This document shows positions 62,597 to 64,000 of a stretch of 64,000 nt of DNA, one piece after another. The stretch covers positions 67,983-131,982 of the forward strand of contig CACIRX010000001.1 in the NCBI GenBank assembly GCA_902589175.1, read 5' to 3'. This stretch comes from an uncultured Pelagibacteraceae bacterium. Its GTDB lineage: Bacteria > Pseudomonadota > Alphaproteobacteria > Pelagibacterales > AG-422-B15. Within the stretch, counting starts at the first letter, position 1, and the number at the start of each line of letters is the position of its first letter. Below the pieces are notes generated by a model. It saw only the letters and a program-made list of their open reading frames with translations. It was not told the DNA's origin and did not search any database. The position numbers and the translations under genes are program-made.

Positions 62597-63277
62597 TTAG
62601 TCAATCCATAGCTCATAACCAGAACCTCTTTTAGTTTTAAGAAATTTTGGAATCTTGGGGTCTTTTTCAATTTTTTTTCTTAGTCTATTTATACATACGT
62701 CCAGTGTTCTTTCTTGATTAAAATTAAGTGATGTAATTAGCTCCTCTCTAGAAAATGACTTACCAGGAAATTTTGATAAAATTCGCAATATTTTTAATTC
62801 GTTCTCATTAAGAGATAGTTCAGTTGATTTTCCTTTGATCACACCACTTTTTAAATCAACTATAATATTATCAAGTTGAATTTGTTTAGTTTCTTTTTTT
62901 ATAGAAGTTTTATTTAAGATATTATTTATGCGTAAAAGTAATTCTTTTGGTTCAAAAGGTTTTCCCAAATAATCATCTGCTCCAATTTCTAAGCCATGGA
63001 CCCTGTCCTCAGTCTCTCCCATTGCAGTTAGATGGATTATAGGTATTAGGGATTTTTCACGAATTTCTTTTGTTAATTCATAACCATTTTGTCCTGGCAT
63101 CATTATGTCAATAACAAGTAAATCAAATGTAATATACTTTAGTACCTCTTTTGCTTCAGCGGCATTACTTGCTGTTGATACAAGGTACTTATTGTCAACT
63201 AAGAACGTCTTTAATAATTCTCTAATCTTATCATCATCATCAACTAAAAGAATATGTAGATTATTTTCACTCATCAA
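62597..63277 (-). CDS. OmpR-family response regulator
   Basis: Receiver 'ILLVDDD...DLLVIDIMMPG' plus a winged-helix C-terminus 'LRKKIE.....P.FLKTKRGSGYEL'. Confidence 0.9.
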   Translation of the reverse strand: MMSENNLHILLVDDDDKIRELLKTFLVDNKYLVSTASNAAEAKEVLKYITFDLLVIDIMMPGQNGYELTKEIREKSLIPIIHLTAMGETEDRVHGLEIGADDYLGKPFEPKELLLRINNILNKTSIKKETKQIQLDNIIVDLKSGVIKGKSTELSLNENELKILRILSKFPGKSFSREELITSLNFNQERTLDVCINRLRKKIEKDPKIPKFLKTKRGSGYELWID

Positions 63278-63780
63278 TGTTCCTCTATAAATGAATTTAT
63301 TACTTGATTAAATCCTTGTACTGAACCTGCCCCAGACTTTACATAGGCTTTTGAAAGTGAATTGATAATGGGTTTTATTGCCTCGTTTAAAGCCTTGTTA
63401 GCATTATCTGTCATAAATAAATTTTTTTTTCTTGCATCATCATTGTTTATTTTTTGAATAATTAAGTTCTCTTTGATTAGAACTCTGAGTACACGATTAA
63501 GGCTTTGTTTCCTTATATCCAATTTCTTCAGTAGTTCATTAAATGTTATTCCAGGCTTAATATTTATTATCAAAAGACATCTAATATCGGCTATACCCAA
63601 TTTTTTATCATCAAGGCTTGCTAAAATTTCTTTTTCCAGAATTTTTGCAACTTCAAAAAAACTATTTAATGAATTTTTGATTCTGTCTTCACGCAGATAA
63701 AGTAGAGATGCAGATTTATTTGATATTGTATTTAAGTCAGCCACTATGACATAATAATCTGAAAAATATATATTAATCAA
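63274..63780 (-). CDS. MarR-like winged-helix transcriptional regulator, translationally coupled to the response regulator
   Basis: 'ITFNELLKKLDIRKQSLNRVLRVLIKENLIIQKINNDDARKKNLFMT' has the MarR wHTH pattern. 4-nt overlap with the RR start. Confidence 0.6.
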   Translation of the reverse strand: MINIYFSDYYVIVADLNTISNKSASLLYLREDRIKNSLNSFFEVAKILEKEILASLDDKKLGIADIRCLLIINIKPGITFNELLKKLDIRKQSLNRVLRVLIKENLIIQKINNDDARKKNLFMTDNANKALNEAIKPIINSLSKAYVKSGAGSVQGFNQVINSFIEEH

Positions 63781-63825
63781 GCCATTTATCTGTTATTAAA
63801 CTTTTAATTTATTAGAGTAATCTAC

Positions 63826-64000
63826 ATGGAAATAGCACCATTTGATAATCGAGAGGGTTTTATTTGGATGAACGGAGAGTTTATCAAATGGAATGATGCA
63901 AAATGTCATGTTATTACTCAGGGTCTTCACTATGCTAGTGCTGTGTTTGAAGGCGAAAGAGCCTATAAAGGGAAGATTTTTAAATCTGAAGAACACACAA
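63826..64000 (+). CDS. ilvE: Branched-chain amino acid aminotransferase, N-terminal fragment (runs off the window)
   Basis: ATG at 63826, open to the window end. The translation [58 protein letters not shown] matches the class IV aminotransferase N-terminus. The ORF track missed it because there is no stop codon. Confidence 0.8.
   Translation, partial: MEIAPFDNREGFIWMNGEFIKWNDAKCHVITQGLHYASAVFEGERAYKGKIFKSEEHT

Noticed and set aside
63796-63996. 66-aa minus-strand ORF at the right edge of the window.
   Set aside because: It lies antisense to a clear ilvE N-terminus (ATG 63826, open to the window end), which the track missed for lack of a stop codon.

Overview
AT-rich (about 30% GC by eye) and very compact chromosomal segment. 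By my coordinate tally it is about 97% coding, and the longest spacer is 163 bp. The core synteny is clearly alphaproteobacterial: coxB-coxA-ctaB-ctaG-coxC-surf1-thrC, atpI-B-E-F'-F, petABC, prs-rplY-pth-ychF, lgt-DUF185-pgeF, mutY next to DUF721-dsbA-smc, and ccrM. Composition, K/I/N-rich proteins and the degree of streamlining suggest a SAR11/Pelagibacterales-like marine alphaproteobacterium; this is inference, as no search was possible. I call about 72 protein genes (two truncated by the window edges, two short ORFs missed by the ORF track) and 3 tRNAs (Leu-GAG, Met/Ile2-CAU, Gln-UUG). I see no rRNA, CRISPR, transposase, integrase, prophage or recognisable defence or toxin-antitoxin module. 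I did not find a clear-cut novel multi-gene system, and most of the window is ordinary housekeeping DNA. The leads most worth a second look: (1) an SMC of only 863 aa with canonical heads but no recognisable hinge, only a ~30-aa non-helical apex at the midpoint; (2) a tightly packed four-gene block (hexapeptide/gamma-CA-like, GMC oxidoreductase, membrane-anchored Ntn penicillin-acylase-family hydrolase, acyl-CoA ligase) that looks like an uncharacterised N-acyl-amide scavenging operon; (3) three GANTC sites within 38 bp directly upstream of ccrM; (4) a family-4 UDG with two of the four Fe-S cysteine ligands replaced; (5) unannotated short ORFs between ctaB and ctaG and upstream of proC; (6) convergent genes that share stop codons, leaving no room for terminators.
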